From positions 1,216,001 to 1,280,000 of the forward strand of contig CAVPQB010000004.1 in assembly GCA_963707505.1 (NCBI GenBank): a stretch of DNA of 64,000 nt. The letters are read 5' to 3'. Origin of the DNA: an uncultured Gemmatimonadales bacterium. GTDB lineage: Bacteria > Gemmatimonadota > Gemmatimonadetes > Gemmatimonadales > Gemmatimonadaceae. Made by a program: the position numbers and the translations under genes. Shown piece by piece: positions 53,733 through 64,000 of the stretch (its first letter is position 1; every line of letters starts with the position of its first letter). The notes under the pieces were generated by a model, which was not told where the DNA came from, searched no databases, and saw only the letters and a list, made by a program, of their open reading frames with translations.

Positions 53733-54273
53733 TCGACGACTCCTTGCGTCCGAGTATCACGGCGCCGGCGATCGCGACGAGCAGCAGGACGCTGGTCAAC
53801 TCGAACGCGAGCGAATAGTCGCGATACAACGGCCGCGCCACAGCGCCAACGGCGCCGTACGTAGCAAGTTGCTGGCTCAGGAAGTCACGCGCTACGACAT
53901 ACTTTCCAGACGGGATCCCCGTTCGCGTGAGGACGCCGACCTCGGCGACGAAAATCAGTCCGATGAAGCCAGCGAGAAGCTTGCCCCCAATGCCGCGAAC
54001 GTCGGTAATGTCGGAAGCCTCACCGAGATTGAGCAGCATTATCACGAACAGGAAGATCACCATTATCGCGCCGGCATACAGCAACACCTGCATGGCGGCG
54101 ATGAACTGCGCGTCGAGCATCACGTATTCTGCGGCAAGACAGAACATCGTGACGATGAGCCACATCGCCGCTGCAACGGGACTGCGCCGCGTCACGAACG
54201 TCACCGCAGCCACGATCGCGATTATCCCGAAAAGGTAGAAGTGAAACTGGTAGAACAGACCGAAGTTATCCAT
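53722..54273 (-). CDS. nuoJ: NADH-quinone oxidoreductase subunit J
   Basis: [35 protein letters not shown]. Confidence 0.95.
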   Translation of the reverse strand: MDNFGLFYQFHFYLFGIIAIVAAVTFVTRRSPVAAAMWLIVTMFCLAAEYVMLDAQFIAAMQVLLYAGAIMVIFLFVIMLLNLGEASDITDVRGIGGKLLAGFIGLIFVAEVGVLTRTGIPSGKYVVARDFLSQQLATYGAVGAVARPLYRDYSLAFELTSVLLLVAIAGAVILGRKESSSAR

Positions 54274-54275
54274 GC

Positions 54276-54770
54276 TCACTCGCCCTTGGGGTCGGTGGAA
54301 TCCCAGAGCGTGGAGACGGGATGTGTCTGCGCCATCAATCTTTCCAGATCGTAGACGTGCCCTTCTCTGCTGTATTCCGAATTTTCGTAGTGCTGGCCGA
54401 CGTGGATCGCGTCTTCCGGGCAAACTTCCTGGCAGTAGCCGCAGAATATGCAACGGAATTCGTCGATCTCGAATACGAGCGGGTAACGGTTCCCGTTCTC
54501 GTCCTCGCCCGGCACCAGCTTGATGCAGTTCGAGGGGCAGATGCTCGGACACAGACCGCACGCGACGCAACGCGCCTTGCCATCTTCCTTTGTGAGCATT
54601 CTGTGCGTCCCACGCCAGCGTGGCGACAACTCCCATCTGTGCTCGGGATACTGAATGGTCACTTTCGGCTCGAACATCTGCTTCAACGTCAACGCCATGC
54701 CCTGAAGCGTTGCCTTGACGTAGCTGGTCTGTTCGACGTGCCGGCTGACCCGCTTGACGGTTATCGCCAT
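54276..54770 (-). CDS. nuoI: NADH-quinone oxidoreductase subunit I
   Basis: CVACGLC..CP and CIFCGYCQEVCP. Confidence 0.97.
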   Translation of the reverse strand: MAITVKRVSRHVEQTSYVKATLQGMALTLKQMFEPKVTIQYPEHRWELSPRWRGTHRMLTKEDGKARCVACGLCPSICPSNCIKLVPGEDENGNRYPLVFEIDEFRCIFCGYCQEVCPEDAIHVGQHYENSEYSREGHVYDLERLMAQTHPVSTLWDSTDPKGE

Positions 54771-56053
54771 TATTTACCTGCTCCTTCGGTGACTGCCCTA
54801 CGTGCGCTACGCGCACGTAGCCGACCTATACGCGCCTGTTGCGCGCGTCCATACGCGGGACTGACGACGCGACCTTCGTCAACCATGACGAAGAGCACCA
54901 GCAGGATGCAGATGTTCTCCATCAGCAGAATGAAGCTGTGCATGGGTCCGGGATTGATGCCGATTGCCTGCAGGACGAGCAGTGTCGTCGCGAGCAGCGC
55001 GATGTATCCAAGCGCCACCGGGAGCATGACGCGCCACCCGAGTGACATGAGCTGATCGTAACGGAAGCGAGGCAGAGTCCAGCGAATCCAGATGAAGACG
55101 AATACGAAGAAGCCTGTCTTCGTGAGGAAGCAGCCGAGCGTGAGGATCGTCTTGAGAACTGTAAACGGCGCAGCGTTGTCCCAACCGGTGAACGGAATAT
55201 CCCAGCCGCCGAGGAACAGCGTCGCCATCAGAGCGCCCGCGGTCACCATGTTCGCATACTCGGCGATGAAGAACAACGAGAACTTCATCGCGCTGTATTC
55301 GGTGTGGTAACCGGCGATCAGCTCCGATTCAGCTTCCGGCAAGTCGAACGGCACGCGATTGTTCTCGGCCAGCGCAGCGACGAAGAATACGACGAAAGCG
55401 GTCGTGAGATTCAGCACGTTCCACATGCTGTGCGCCTGCTGTCGGATGATCTCACTCATCGTGACGTTGCCGGCGAGCAGAATGATCGGAATCGTGGACA
55501 TTCCGAGCGCGACTTCGTAGGAGACCATCTGGGCGCTCGACCGCAGCCCGCCGAGGAAGGAATACTTGTTATTCGAAGCCCAGCCGGCGAGCACGATGCC
55601 GTATACGCCGAGCGACGCGATAGCGAGAATGAACAGGAAGCCGACGGGGAGATCCGCGACTACCAGATCGACTCTTCCCCACCGCGTCGGGAGCGGCGAT
55701 CCAAATGGAATCACGCACCAGACCATCATTGCAGGGACAAACGACAGGGCCGGCGCAATGCTGAACAGTGGATGCGACGCATTCCCTGGCTCGGTCTCCT
55801 CCTTCATGAAATTCTTGACGCCATCCGCGGCCGGCTGAAGCCAGCCACCGCGTCCGCCTACGCGATTCGGGCCGTGTCGGCCCTGAATCCACGCGGAGAT
55901 CTTTCGTTCCGCGAGTGTGAGCAATGCCGCCGACACCATGTAGATCGTGAAGACGATGATCAGCTTGATGATCGAGAAAACGATATAGGTCGTGTAGCCC
56001 GTGATCGGCGCCTGCCGATCGACCACCTGGAGCAGCGCGTGAGTTGGAATCAC
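54770..56053 (-). CDS. nuoH: NADH-quinone oxidoreductase subunit H
   Basis: ERKI.AWIQ.R.GPNRVG, GGLRSSAQMVSYE, PFDLPEAESELIAGYHTEYS, PRFRYDQLM. Confidence 0.97.
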   Translation of the reverse strand: MIPTHALLQVVDRQAPITGYTTYIVFSIIKLIIVFTIYMVSAALLTLAERKISAWIQGRHGPNRVGGRGGWLQPAADGVKNFMKEETEPGNASHPLFSIAPALSFVPAMMVWCVIPFGSPLPTRWGRVDLVVADLPVGFLFILAIASLGVYGIVLAGWASNNKYSFLGGLRSSAQMVSYEVALGMSTIPIILLAGNVTMSEIIRQQAHSMWNVLNLTTAFVVFFVAALAENNRVPFDLPEAESELIAGYHTEYSAMKFSLFFIAEYANMVTAGALMATLFLGGWDIPFTGWDNAAPFTVLKTILTLGCFLTKTGFFVFVFIWIRWTLPRFRYDQLMSLGWRVMLPVALGYIALLATTLLVLQAIGINPGPMHSFILLMENICILLVLFVMVDEGRVVSPAYGRAQQARIGRLRARSARRAVTEGAGK

Positions 56054-57633
56054 TGTGCGCCTCCGGAAACAACGAGACCGCGCATACCAAGTGCGTCGTA
56101 CGTCATGCCTGCGAACGCCGACACATCGGACGCCATCGCAGCAAACACTTCGCTTGCGAGATAATAGGCGTTGCCCTTGCCCAATGCGGCGAGCACGTCG
56201 CCGACGACCCACCAGCTCGGACGCGCCATCCCGGGCGCAGCCCTGGCCTGCGAGAACCGCTGTACGCGTCCGCGGAGATTGGTGAACGTGCCGTCCTCTT
56301 CTGCATAGTTCGCGATGGGAAGTACGATCGCGGCAGTGCGAAGATTTTCGGGAAGTGTAGTGCCGATTACGATTACCGCAGCCGCAAGCGCGAGCTGTGC
56401 CGGAGTCATTTTCGCAGCATCAGCGTCGGCGACGACCAACACATCGCCGGCCGCGAGACCGTCGAGCAACGAAGCGGTGCGTGTAAAGCCGAGCAACGCC
56501 GCGCCATCACCGTTTGCTGCGCGATCCGCACGGAGCGAGAGATCGGGAACTCCCGGCAGCGGCGCTTCGGGTCCGGTTGGAACCGTGAACGCGCCCGTAC
56601 CGCCGTTTGCGCGAATGAGCTGCGAGAGCAGATACAGCGTTTCGTTGGAAAGATTGGGCGATGCAGCGACGAAGACGCGGCGTCCATCCAGCAAGGCCGC
56701 TGTCGCAGGAATTGCGACGTCCCAGTCCGCTGCAACGAGCGACTCACCGCGCCGCACGAGCGGAACCTCGACGCGATCCTGCCGGTTGATCCAGCGATAG
56801 TCGAGCCGCCCCGTGTCGCACATGAAGTACTTGTTGACGTTCTCGTTCGGCCGCGGACGAAAGCGAATGACCATGTTGTCGCGCGTGTCGACCGAGATGT
56901 TGCAACCCTGGCTGCAACCGGTGCAGATGGACGGTGCGTGATCCAGCTCCCAGGAGCGCGCCTTGTTCAGGGAATCCTTGGAGAGAAGCGCGCCGACGGG
57001 GCACAGGTCGATGACATTGCCTGCCCATTCGTGCGTCAGGTCCTTGCCCTCGAACTTTCCGATCAGTGCGCGATCGCCGCGCTCGGTGACATTGAGCACC
57101 GTGTCCTGTGCGATCTCGTCCATGAAGCGGACGCAGCGCGTGCAGAGGATGCAACGGTTTGTGGTGTACAGAACATCACCACCGAAATCTTCTACAGGAT
57201 TGAACCGCTTGGGGTCGCGCAGGCGCGACTCCGCGGGTCCTTCCTGGTACGTGAAGTCCTGCAGCTCACACTCACCGGACTTGTCACAGATTGGGCAGTC
57301 GAGCGGATGATTTATGAGCAGCATCTCGAGCACGCCCTTGCGTGCTTCGAGCGCCTTCTCCGTATAGATGTGCACCACCTGACCTTCAGCGGCAGCAGTT
57401 GCGCAGGCGGGAGCGAGCTTGGGCGCCTTCTCGACGTCCACCAGGCACATGCGGCAGTTGCCGGCGATCGAGAGACCGGGGTGATAGCAATAGTGCGGGA
57501 TGAGAACGCCCGCGCGCTTGCCAGCCTCGAGAATCGATGTCCCTTCGGGAACCGAAACCGGACGCCCCTCGATGGTGAGATTCACCATCTTTGGCTGCGT
57601 TACCGCCGTGGTCGGCTCCGCGGTTGTAGCCAT
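56050..57633 (-). CDS. nuoG: NADH-quinone oxidoreductase subunit G (short form)
   Basis: CYHPGL..GNCRMC, HPLDCPICD..GEC, CILCTRC, CTGCSQGC..C. Confidence 0.93.
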   Translation of the reverse strand: MATTAEPTTAVTQPKMVNLTIEGRPVSVPEGTSILEAGKRAGVLIPHYCYHPGLSIAGNCRMCLVDVEKAPKLAPACATAAAEGQVVHIYTEKALEARKGVLEMLLINHPLDCPICDKSGECELQDFTYQEGPAESRLRDPKRFNPVEDFGGDVLYTTNRCILCTRCVRFMDEIAQDTVLNVTERGDRALIGKFEGKDLTHEWAGNVIDLCPVGALLSKDSLNKARSWELDHAPSICTGCSQGCNISVDTRDNMVIRFRPRPNENVNKYFMCDTGRLDYRWINRQDRVEVPLVRRGESLVAADWDVAIPATAALLDGRRVFVAASPNLSNETLYLLSQLIRANGGTGAFTVPTGPEAPLPGVPDLSLRADRAANGDGAALLGFTRTASLLDGLAAGDVLVVADADAAKMTPAQLALAAAVIVIGTTLPENLRTAAIVLPIANYAEEDGTFTNLRGRVQRFSQARAAPGMARPSWWVVGDVLAALGKGNAYYLASEVFAAMASDVSAFAGMTYDALGMRGLVVSGGAQ

Positions 57634-58948
57634 CTACGCCACCGCCGCGGTAACGGGGTGGAACTTCGGCTTCTTGATCAAGGCTTCGAACTCCGAACGG
57701 AACTTGTTGATGCCGGATACAACGGGAACGGCACACGAATCGCTGAGCACGCAGATCGTCTTGCCAGTCATGTTGTCGGCGATGCTGAAGAGCGTGTCGA
57801 GATCTTCGTGGGTGCCCTCGCCATCGCGAATGCGCTCCATGATCTTGGTGGTCCACGCGGTGCCTTCACGACACTGCGTGCACTGGGCGCAGCTCTCGTG
57901 CGCGAAGAATCTTGCCGCGCGCGCGATCTGCTTCACCATGTTCTGCTGATCGTCGAATACGATCACGCCACCGGAGCCGAGCATCGAGCCCTGCTCGATG
58001 AAGCCCTCGTAATCCATCTTGGTGGCTTCGGCTTCTTCCATCGTCTGGATCGGCACGGAGATGCCGCCCGGTACGACCGCCTTGAACGTGCGGCCGGGCA
58101 GCGGCCCGCCGCAGAGATCGTACAGAAAATCCTTGAACGAAAAGCCGAGTGTTACTTCATAGTTACCGGGCTTCGCGATGTTACCACATACGGAGAAGAG
58201 CTTGGAGCCGGTACTCTTGGGACTGGAGAGACGACAGGCCCTTGTACCATTCGGCGCCGCGCACGATGATGTGCGGAACCGCAGCGAGCGTCTCGACGTT
58301 GTTGATCGTCGTCGGTTGTGCGAACACGCCCGATACTGCAGGGAACGGAGGCTTGATGCGCGGGTTGCCACGCCTGCCTTCGATCGAGTTCATCATCGCG
58401 GTCTCTTCACCGCAGATGTACGCACCAGCACCCTTGTGAATCACGATGTCGATGCGTTTGCCGCTTCCCATCGCGTTCTTGCCGATGATGCCTGCGTCGT
58501 ACGCCTCGCGAACTGCCTGCCGCATGCGAATCAGCGGCTCGGTGAACTCACCGCGAATGTAGATGTATGCCGTTTCGGCGCCGATCGCATATGCACCGAT
58601 CGCGCAGCCTTCGACGAGCGCGTGCGGGGTCCAGCGCATGATCTCGCGATCCTTGAACGTGCCGGGCTCCGATTCATCGGCGTTGCAGCAGAGATAGTGC
58701 GGCTTGCCGTCGCCGGGTTTCATGAAGGACCACTTGATTCCGGTCGGGAAGCCCGCGCCGCCGCGACCACGCAGACCCGATGCCTTGACGACATCGACTA
58801 TCTCGGCGGGCGACATCGAAAGCGCCTTCTGAAGTCCGTTGTAACCACCGCGCTTGCGCCAGCCGTCGAGTCCGATTCCGTCCTGGTCGCCGAAATACTG
58901 CGACAGTACGGGAGTCTCACCAGCGTGGGACGGATGCGGATATCCCAT
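57634..58948 (-). CDS. nuoF: NADH-quinone oxidoreductase subunit F, frameshift near 58233
   Basis: GRGGAGFP, NADESEPGTFKDR, GAYICGEET, NNVET; HESCAQCTQCREG lies in the next frame. Confidence 0.95.
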
Positions 58949-59457
58949 TACTTGAGCCCTGCCACTATCTCGGGAACGCGAGCGGCCGTAACCGACTCGA
59001 CGAATCCCTCGTTGATCATCACTGGAGTCGCGAACCCGCACGCACCGAGGCATTCGACCTCGATCACCGTGAACAGGCCGTCTTCTGATGTAACGCCGAG
59101 CTCACCACATCCCGTATGCTCGAGGAACGCGGCGACGACGCCTTCAGCGCCGCATATATTGCACGGCGTCGTGGTGCACACCTGAATGAGGTATTTGCCG
59201 ACCGGGTGTGTGTTGTACATCGTGTAGAACGTCACCACACCCTTCACGTACGCAGGGGTGAGCTCCAGCACCTCGGCGACTTCGGCCATGCCCTCGTCGC
59301 TTATCCACCCGCGATCTTCCTGTACCATCCACAACGCGGGAAGGATGCACGCCATCTTGGTTGGATAGAGCGGGAACAGCGCGTCCAGCTCCTTGCGTCG
59401 CTCGCCGACGAACACCGGCTGATATGGAGCGTCCTGGTCGTGCGTCACGGCCGTCAT
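58948..59457 (-). CDS. nuoE: NADH-quinone oxidoreductase subunit E
   Basis: VVTFYTMY, VCTTTPC, VECLGAC. Confidence 0.95.
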   Translation of the reverse strand: MTAVTHDQDAPYQPVFVGERRKELDALFPLYPTKMACILPALWMVQEDRGWISDEGMAEVAEVLELTPAYVKGVVTFYTMYNTHPVGKYLIQVCTTTPCNICGAEGVVAAFLEHTGCGELGVTSEDGLFTVIEVECLGACGFATPVMINEGFVESVTAARVPEIVAGLK

Positions 59458-60767
59458 CGGTCGATCTCTCCCAGCACTACGTCGATGCTTGCGTTGATGG
59501 CGATGACATCCGACAGAAGATGGCCTTCGACCATCTTCGGGATCGCCGAAAGATTGATGAATGACGGCGGACGAATGCGCCACCGCACCGGCTTGGAAGT
59601 ACCGTCGGAGACCATGTAGTAGCCTTTCTCGCCACGCGGACTTTCCACCGCGACGTAAGCCTCGCCAACTGGTGGTCGCGGGCCTTCCATCACCTGCTTG
59701 AAGTGATGGATCATGGATTCCATTCCACTTGTCGCCTTGGTCTTGGACGGAAGAATCACGCGCGGATCGTCGACGTTGATCGGTCCGTCCGGAAGACGGT
59801 CGAGCGCCTGCCGCACAATGCGCGCGGACTGGCGCATCTCCTCGACACGAACGAGATAGCGATCATACACGTCACCGTTGACGCCGACGGGCACTTCGAA
59901 ATCGTAGGTCTCGTAGTCGAGATACGGAAAGTCCTTGCGCACATCGTACGAAACGCCGGACGCACGCACCATCGAGCCCGACAGCCCCCAGTTGATCGCC
60001 TCTTCCGGGCTCATCACACCGAGCCCCACCGTGCGGCCCACCCAGATGCCATTGTTCGTGAGAAGCTTCTCGACGTCGTCCAGAACCTTGTCGAAGCCGG
60101 CAAGAAAGCTTCGGGCATTGTCGGTCCAGCCATCGGGAATGTCGGCCATCAAGCCGCCAACGCGCGTGAGCGAAGTCGTGAGACGGGCACCGGTCCACGC
60201 TTCGAGCAGCTGATAGATCAGCTCGCGCTGATGGAACGACCAGAGGAACGGTGTGTATGCGCCGATGTCGATCGACGTGGTGCCGAGCCAAACGAGATGC
60301 GACATGATGCGCGACAGCTCGCATGCAATCACGCGAAGCACCGTGCAGCGCTCGGTTATCGTGATGCCGAACAGGCGCTCCGCACCGAGCGCCATCGCCA
60401 CGTTGTTGCCCGGCGCATTGAGGTAATCCTCGCGATCGGTCCACGGGATTATCTGATTGTACTGACGATATTCGCCGGTCTTCTCAAAGCCGCAGTGCAG
60501 GTAGCCGATGTGCGGAATGCAGCGCACGACAGTCTCACCGTCCAGCTCGAGCACCAACCGGAGAACGCCGTGGGTTGCCGGATGCTGCGGACCCAGGTTG
60601 ATGAGCATGTGCTCACCGTCGAGCGCTGGCTCCAGTGCGAGAGGCTCGGGGATGCCAACGGAGACGCCGCCGTCGTTGGTCACCAACGGGACTCGCTGTG
60701 GCTTGCCGGAACGATCGAGGCCGCTGGTCGAGAGCTCTACTTCTATTGTTCTTGTCTTGGTCGCCAT
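59454..60767 (-). CDS. nuoD: NADH-quinone oxidoreductase subunit D
   Basis: NLGPQHPATHGVLRL, GD.YDRY, ESPRGE, D.VLGEIDR. Confidence 0.97.
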   Translation of the reverse strand: MATKTRTIEVELSTSGLDRSGKPQRVPLVTNDGGVSVGIPEPLALEPALDGEHMLINLGPQHPATHGVLRLVLELDGETVVRCIPHIGYLHCGFEKTGEYRQYNQIIPWTDREDYLNAPGNNVAMALGAERLFGITITERCTVLRVIACELSRIMSHLVWLGTTSIDIGAYTPFLWSFHQRELIYQLLEAWTGARLTTSLTRVGGLMADIPDGWTDNARSFLAGFDKVLDDVEKLLTNNGIWVGRTVGLGVMSPEEAINWGLSGSMVRASGVSYDVRKDFPYLDYETYDFEVPVGVNGDVYDRYLVRVEEMRQSARIVRQALDRLPDGPINVDDPRVILPSKTKATSGMESMIHHFKQVMEGPRPPVGEAYVAVESPRGEKGYYMVSDGTSKPVRWRIRPPSFINLSAIPKMVEGHLLSDVIAINASIDVVLGEIDR

Positions 60768-60772
60768 GATTC

Positions 60773-61483
60773 CTACTCTCCCGTCCTTTCACCCGACGCG
60801 AGCCGGCGTCGCATGTCGTCCGGGATCTCGCTGAATGCCTCCGCGACAGTCAGCTCTTCCATCGAATAACGTGACTCGGGATTCGCTGCGAGCGCCTGAC
60901 GCAGCTGCTCGGAGCGGCTGAAGCGACCGCGAAGCGGGAAATCCTTGCGCAGCGGATAGCCTTCCTTGTATTGCTCCCACATCAGCAGGCGGCGCAGATC
61001 CGGATGCCCGATGAACTTTATGCCGAACATGTCGTAACATTCGCGCTCGAGCCAGTCAGCGCAGCGGTAAATCCCCCAGACGCTATCCACTTCCAGCGGC
61101 ACGTCCTTGGGCAGCTCTGTCTTGATGCGTAGAAAGCGGCGATACGGAAGCGAGCGAAGATGCCAGACCACTTCCATTGGCACTTCGGTCTCTCTGTACT
61201 CGACAGCCGTGACGTCCGAGAGATAGTCGTACTGCTGCGACGGATCGTCGTGCAACCAACGAATGATCTCACCTGCTCGGTCACGCACAACGAATACTGT
61301 CGTCTCGCCCCAGCCGACTGAGACACGAAGAATAGCGTCTCCGAATTGCTGCTTCAACGCTTCGGCTGACGGATTCGCATCGCCGCCGCGGTGCGGCAAA
61401 TTCTTCGGCGTTGCTGCCGGCTCGGCGTTCGTGAGCGCGCTGCCAACGGATACGACGTCAAACGATTCGGTTAGTTCGGTCAC
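60773..61483 (-). CDS. nuoC: NADH-quinone oxidoreductase subunit C
   Basis: ADWLERECYDMFGI.F.GHPDLRR, PLRKDFPL. Confidence 0.96.
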   Translation of the reverse strand: MTELTESFDVVSVGSALTNAEPAATPKNLPHRGGDANPSAEALKQQFGDAILRVSVGWGETTVFVVRDRAGEIIRWLHDDPSQQYDYLSDVTAVEYRETEVPMEVVWHLRSLPYRRFLRIKTELPKDVPLEVDSVWGIYRCADWLERECYDMFGIKFIGHPDLRRLLMWEQYKEGYPLRKDFPLRGRFSRSEQLRQALAANPESRYSMEELTVAEAFSEIPDDMRRRLASGERTGE

Positions 61484-62112
61484 GGCGTTGAACGCGTCTG
61501 ATTGATCGAGTTACCAAACGGCTCCGAAATCTCATCGATCGCCGGCGGTGGGATGTACAGCTGAGTCGTGGGATCGGGCTCCATCTCGTCGCGAAGTGCG
61601 CGGTCGGACATGCGCTCACTCATGACTTTCTTCTGGAGCATCTGGATCCCGTACAGCAACCCTTCGGGACGCGGCGGGCAACCGGGTACGTAAACGTCGA
61701 CAGGAATGATCGTATCGATCCCCTGCACCACCGCGTAGTTGTCGAACATGTTGCCGGTGGATGCGCACGCACCCATTGCGATCGACCACTTGGGTTGCGC
61801 CATCTGCTGCCAGATGCGGCGGATGATCGGTGCGAGCTTGAATGGCACGCGGCCGGCGCAGATCAGAACATCGGACTGGCGCGGCGAGAATGACATGCGC
61901 TCCATACCGAAGCGTGCGAGGTCGAAGTCCGCGGCGGCCGTCGCCATGAACTCGATCGCGCAGCATGCAGTTCCGAATGGCATGGGCCAGAGCGAGTTGG
62001 CACGGCCCCAATTAACAAGGAAATCGAGCCGCGTTGTGACCCAGCCATCCTGCGACTGCGGGTCGTACTCGACGCGCTTGAGCGCCGAATCCGGGCGAGC
62101 GGTCAATCCCAT
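61480..62112 (-). CDS. nuoB: NADH-quinone oxidoreductase subunit B
   Basis: SLWPMPFGTACCAIE, SPRQSD, MGACA, YVPGCPPRPE. Confidence 0.97.
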   Translation of the reverse strand: MGLTARPDSALKRVEYDPQSQDGWVTTRLDFLVNWGRANSLWPMPFGTACCAIEFMATAAADFDLARFGMERMSFSPRQSDVLICAGRVPFKLAPIIRRIWQQMAQPKWSIAMGACASTGNMFDNYAVVQGIDTIIPVDVYVPGCPPRPEGLLYGIQMLQKKVMSERMSDRALRDEMEPDPTTQLYIPPPAIDEISEPFGNSINQTRSTP

Positions 62113-62507
62113 CTGAGTGCTCCTTTCTTCCACACGTACACGAAGCCGACGACGAGAATCGCCATGAATATGAGCATCTCGCCGAGGCCGAAGAACGACG
62201 TCGAGCCCGCGGGGCAGAAGCCGCCGACGAGCTCCGCGCTGCATGACAGCTGGCGGAACGCAGCCGCCCACGGAATCATGAAGACGGTTTCGATGTCGAA
62301 TATGATGAACAACATCGCGATCATGTAGAACGCGACCGAGAAGCGCTCGCGCGCGTCTCCGATTGCCGGAATTCCGGATTCGTAGGCGGCACGCTTTACC
62401 GGGGTCGGCCGCTTGCGAATCGTAAGGGCTGAAACTCCGATAATGAGGACGGCATTCATGACTACGAAGCCGAGCAACAGCAGGACTGGAAAGTATTCTC
62501 GCGCCAT
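62103..62507 (-). CDS. nuoA: NADH-quinone oxidoreductase subunit A
   Basis: YESG, FY.IAMLFIIFDIET.F..PWA, YVWKKGAL.WD. Confidence 0.96.
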   Translation of the reverse strand: MAREYFPVLLLLGFVVMNAVLIIGVSALTIRKRPTPVKRAAYESGIPAIGDARERFSVAFYMIAMLFIIFDIETVFMIPWAAAFRQLSCSAELVGGFCPAGSTSFFGLGEMLIFMAILVVGFVYVWKKGALRWD

Positions 62508-62546
62508 GCCGAATTGAGAGCAGGCGGCCGTTCTAGGCCAACCCGC

Positions 62547-62564
62547 ATGTGAAAAATTTCACTA
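62547..62564. promoter_or_regulatory. Rex-like operator (CRP/FNR-like alternative) upstream of nuoA
   Basis: ATGTGAA-AAAT-TTCACTA versus the Rex consensus TTGTGAA-N4-TTCACAA (12/14). Confidence 0.65.
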
Positions 62565-62631
62565 ATGCGTCTTGGGAGATTTTAGCGTATGTTAAGACTC
62601 TTTTCAACGGAAACGATTTACTCGGAATTGA

Positions 62632-63183
62632 ATGTCCATTCAGTCTGATCGCTGGATCATCGAGCAAGCCGCGAAGGGAATGATCGAACCATTCGAGAAC
62701 AGCCAGGTTCGCTCCGGTGTCATCTCCTACGGTGTAAGCTCCTACGGCTACGACATGCGAGTGTCGAACCAGTTCAAGATCTTCACCAACGTCCTCAATT
62801 CGCTCATCGACCCCAAGGAATTCGATCCCAAGTCGTTCGTCGAGTTCGAGGGTGATGTCTGCATCGTCCCGGCCAACTCGTTCGCGCTGGCGTGCTCGGT
62901 CGAGTACTTCCGCATCCCGCGCGACGTCGTGACGCTCTGCGTCGGAAAATCCACCTATGCGCGCTGCGGGATTATCACAAATGTGACACCATTCGAGCCG
63001 GAATGGGAGGGATTCGTCACACTGGAGATATCGAATACAACGCCGCTGCCGGCCAAGATCTACGCCAACGAGGGGATCGCCCAGGTGATGTTCTTCAAAG
63101 GCGATGAGCCACCGATCACGTCGTACAAGGACAAGAAGGGCAAGTACCAGGGGCAATCCGGAGTGACGCTGCCGAGGCTGTAG
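62632..63183 (+). CDS. dcd: dCTP deaminase
   Basis: [44 protein letters not shown]. Confidence 0.97.
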   Translation: MSIQSDRWIIEQAAKGMIEPFENSQVRSGVISYGVSSYGYDMRVSNQFKIFTNVLNSLIDPKEFDPKSFVEFEGDVCIVPANSFALACSVEYFRIPRDVVTLCVGKSTYARCGIITNVTPFEPEWEGFVTLEISNTTPLPAKIYANEGIAQVMFFKGDEPPITSYKDKKGKYQGQSGVTLPRL

Positions 63184-63261
63184 GGGCGGGGAGACTCCGT
63201 CGTTCCGTCAGAGCCGTCCTCCGTCCCTCCTCCGTCCCTGTTTCGCCGGCGCCGGGCCTCG

Positions 63262-63668
63262 TCACGTCATGACGCAGGGATCCAGGTAGAGCACCGGGAT
63301 CCACTGCGACAGGATGACAAGCGCCCCCAGCGCGCTGAGTCCAACGCCCGACGAGAGCCAGAAAGCTGCGATTGCTCCGAGCGGCCTCCAATTGCCGAAC
63401 GTCCGATTCGGCAGCCGCTCGGCGTCCGCGCATGCCACGCTACGAGTGCGGCGATGATGCAGAGGACAATCAGCGCCGCTGGCACGGCGTGCAGCAGGAT
63501 GCGCGAGACGGTGTCGAACCGGCCGCACGACCAGGAGACGAGCACGTACTCGACCGCCTCGTTGGTCAGCGCGGCGAGTGGACCGCAGAGAAAGCCGAAC
63601 CAGAGCGCGCCGGCGTGCACGGGATGCCCGTGCGACGACCGCGACGATGCATGGGTGATCTGCATCAT
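63262..63668 (-). CDS. Small membrane protein downstream of cytochrome oxidase subunit III, frameshifted
   Basis: LWFGFLCGPLA..YVLV.WSC; the C-terminal GLSALGALVILSQWIP...DPC lies in another frame; ATGA overlap with the upstream stop. Confidence 0.55.
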
Positions 63669-64000
63669 GTCCACCGCGGATACAGGAACAGAAGCACGAA
63701 TAGCGGCACCCACGCTGCGACGGTGAAGTACCAGTACAGCACGTCATCCACGACGTCGGACATGGTCCGAGCCCGTGCACGGCCGGTCCACAGGATGAGA
63801 GCGAAGCCTGCGTCTTCGGCGACATCGAGAACGAGCAGCGTGGTATGAAACCCAATCACGACCCAGGCGGCCGACCCGTATGCGTCGCTGTTCCATTGGG
63901 TATTGAGCGCGGGAAATTCATACCAGCGCAGGACGAGAATCCCCAGCTTGATCACGAGGGCGATCAGGAGCGCTATTCTGGTGCCGTTGACGTCGAGGCG
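63665..64000 (-). CDS. Cytochrome c oxidase subunit III-like protein (3' part, truncated by the window)
   Basis: LR.YEF.ALN..W...AYGS..W...GFH..., LYWYF....W.P....Y. Confidence 0.75.
   Translation of the reverse strand, partial: RLDVNGTRIALLIALVIKLGILVLRWYEFPALNTQWNSDAYGSAAWVVIGFHTTLLVLDVAEDAGFALILWTGRARARTMSDVVDDVLYWYFTVAAWVPLFVLLFLYPRWT

Noticed and set aside
56044..58269. 741-aa + strand ORF, and similar long + ORFs (50857..52758, 33986..35518, 49360..50793, 19092..20249)
   Set aside because: Antisense shadows of well-supported nuo/fabF/rpoN genes, expected from high-GC codon bias; no recognisable motifs.

Overview
High-GC bacterial chromosome segment, probably Gemmatimonadota (inferred from gene order and protein families; no rRNA marker here), that appears to span the replication terminus. 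A 28-bp XerC/XerD dif site sits at 11688-11715. To its right, about 51 kb of core genes all lie on the - strand and point toward dif: nuoA-N, pgm, UPF0182, arcC, sucCD, ndk, yceD-rpmF-plsX-fab, mqnEAC, ispF, xerD, trpG, kdsB-pyrG-kdsA-kdsD-lptCAB-rpoN, a GT2/GT4/flippase/YfhO/Ppm1 glycosylation block and dapF. To its left (1-10.5 kb) is an accessory stress/redox cluster in which five transcription units carry correctly oriented sigma54-type -24/-12 motifs. Best leads: (1) the putative sigma54-driven stress regulon; (2) an LptB with an extra ~150-aa N-terminal domain; (3) a perfect GAAC-N4-GTTC LexA-type box upstream of the kds/lpt/rpoN operon; (4) a GT-C glycosylation module coupled to the LPS operon; (5) a CX5CX2C radical-SAM motif in MqnE; (6) a Rex-like operator before nuoA; (7) an unannotated BrnA antitoxin remnant. 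Single-base frameshifts occur even in nuoF, nuoM and pgm, so most are probably assembly errors. No rRNA, tRNA, CRISPR array, transposase or phage genes were recognised. All calls were made by eye; no searches were run.
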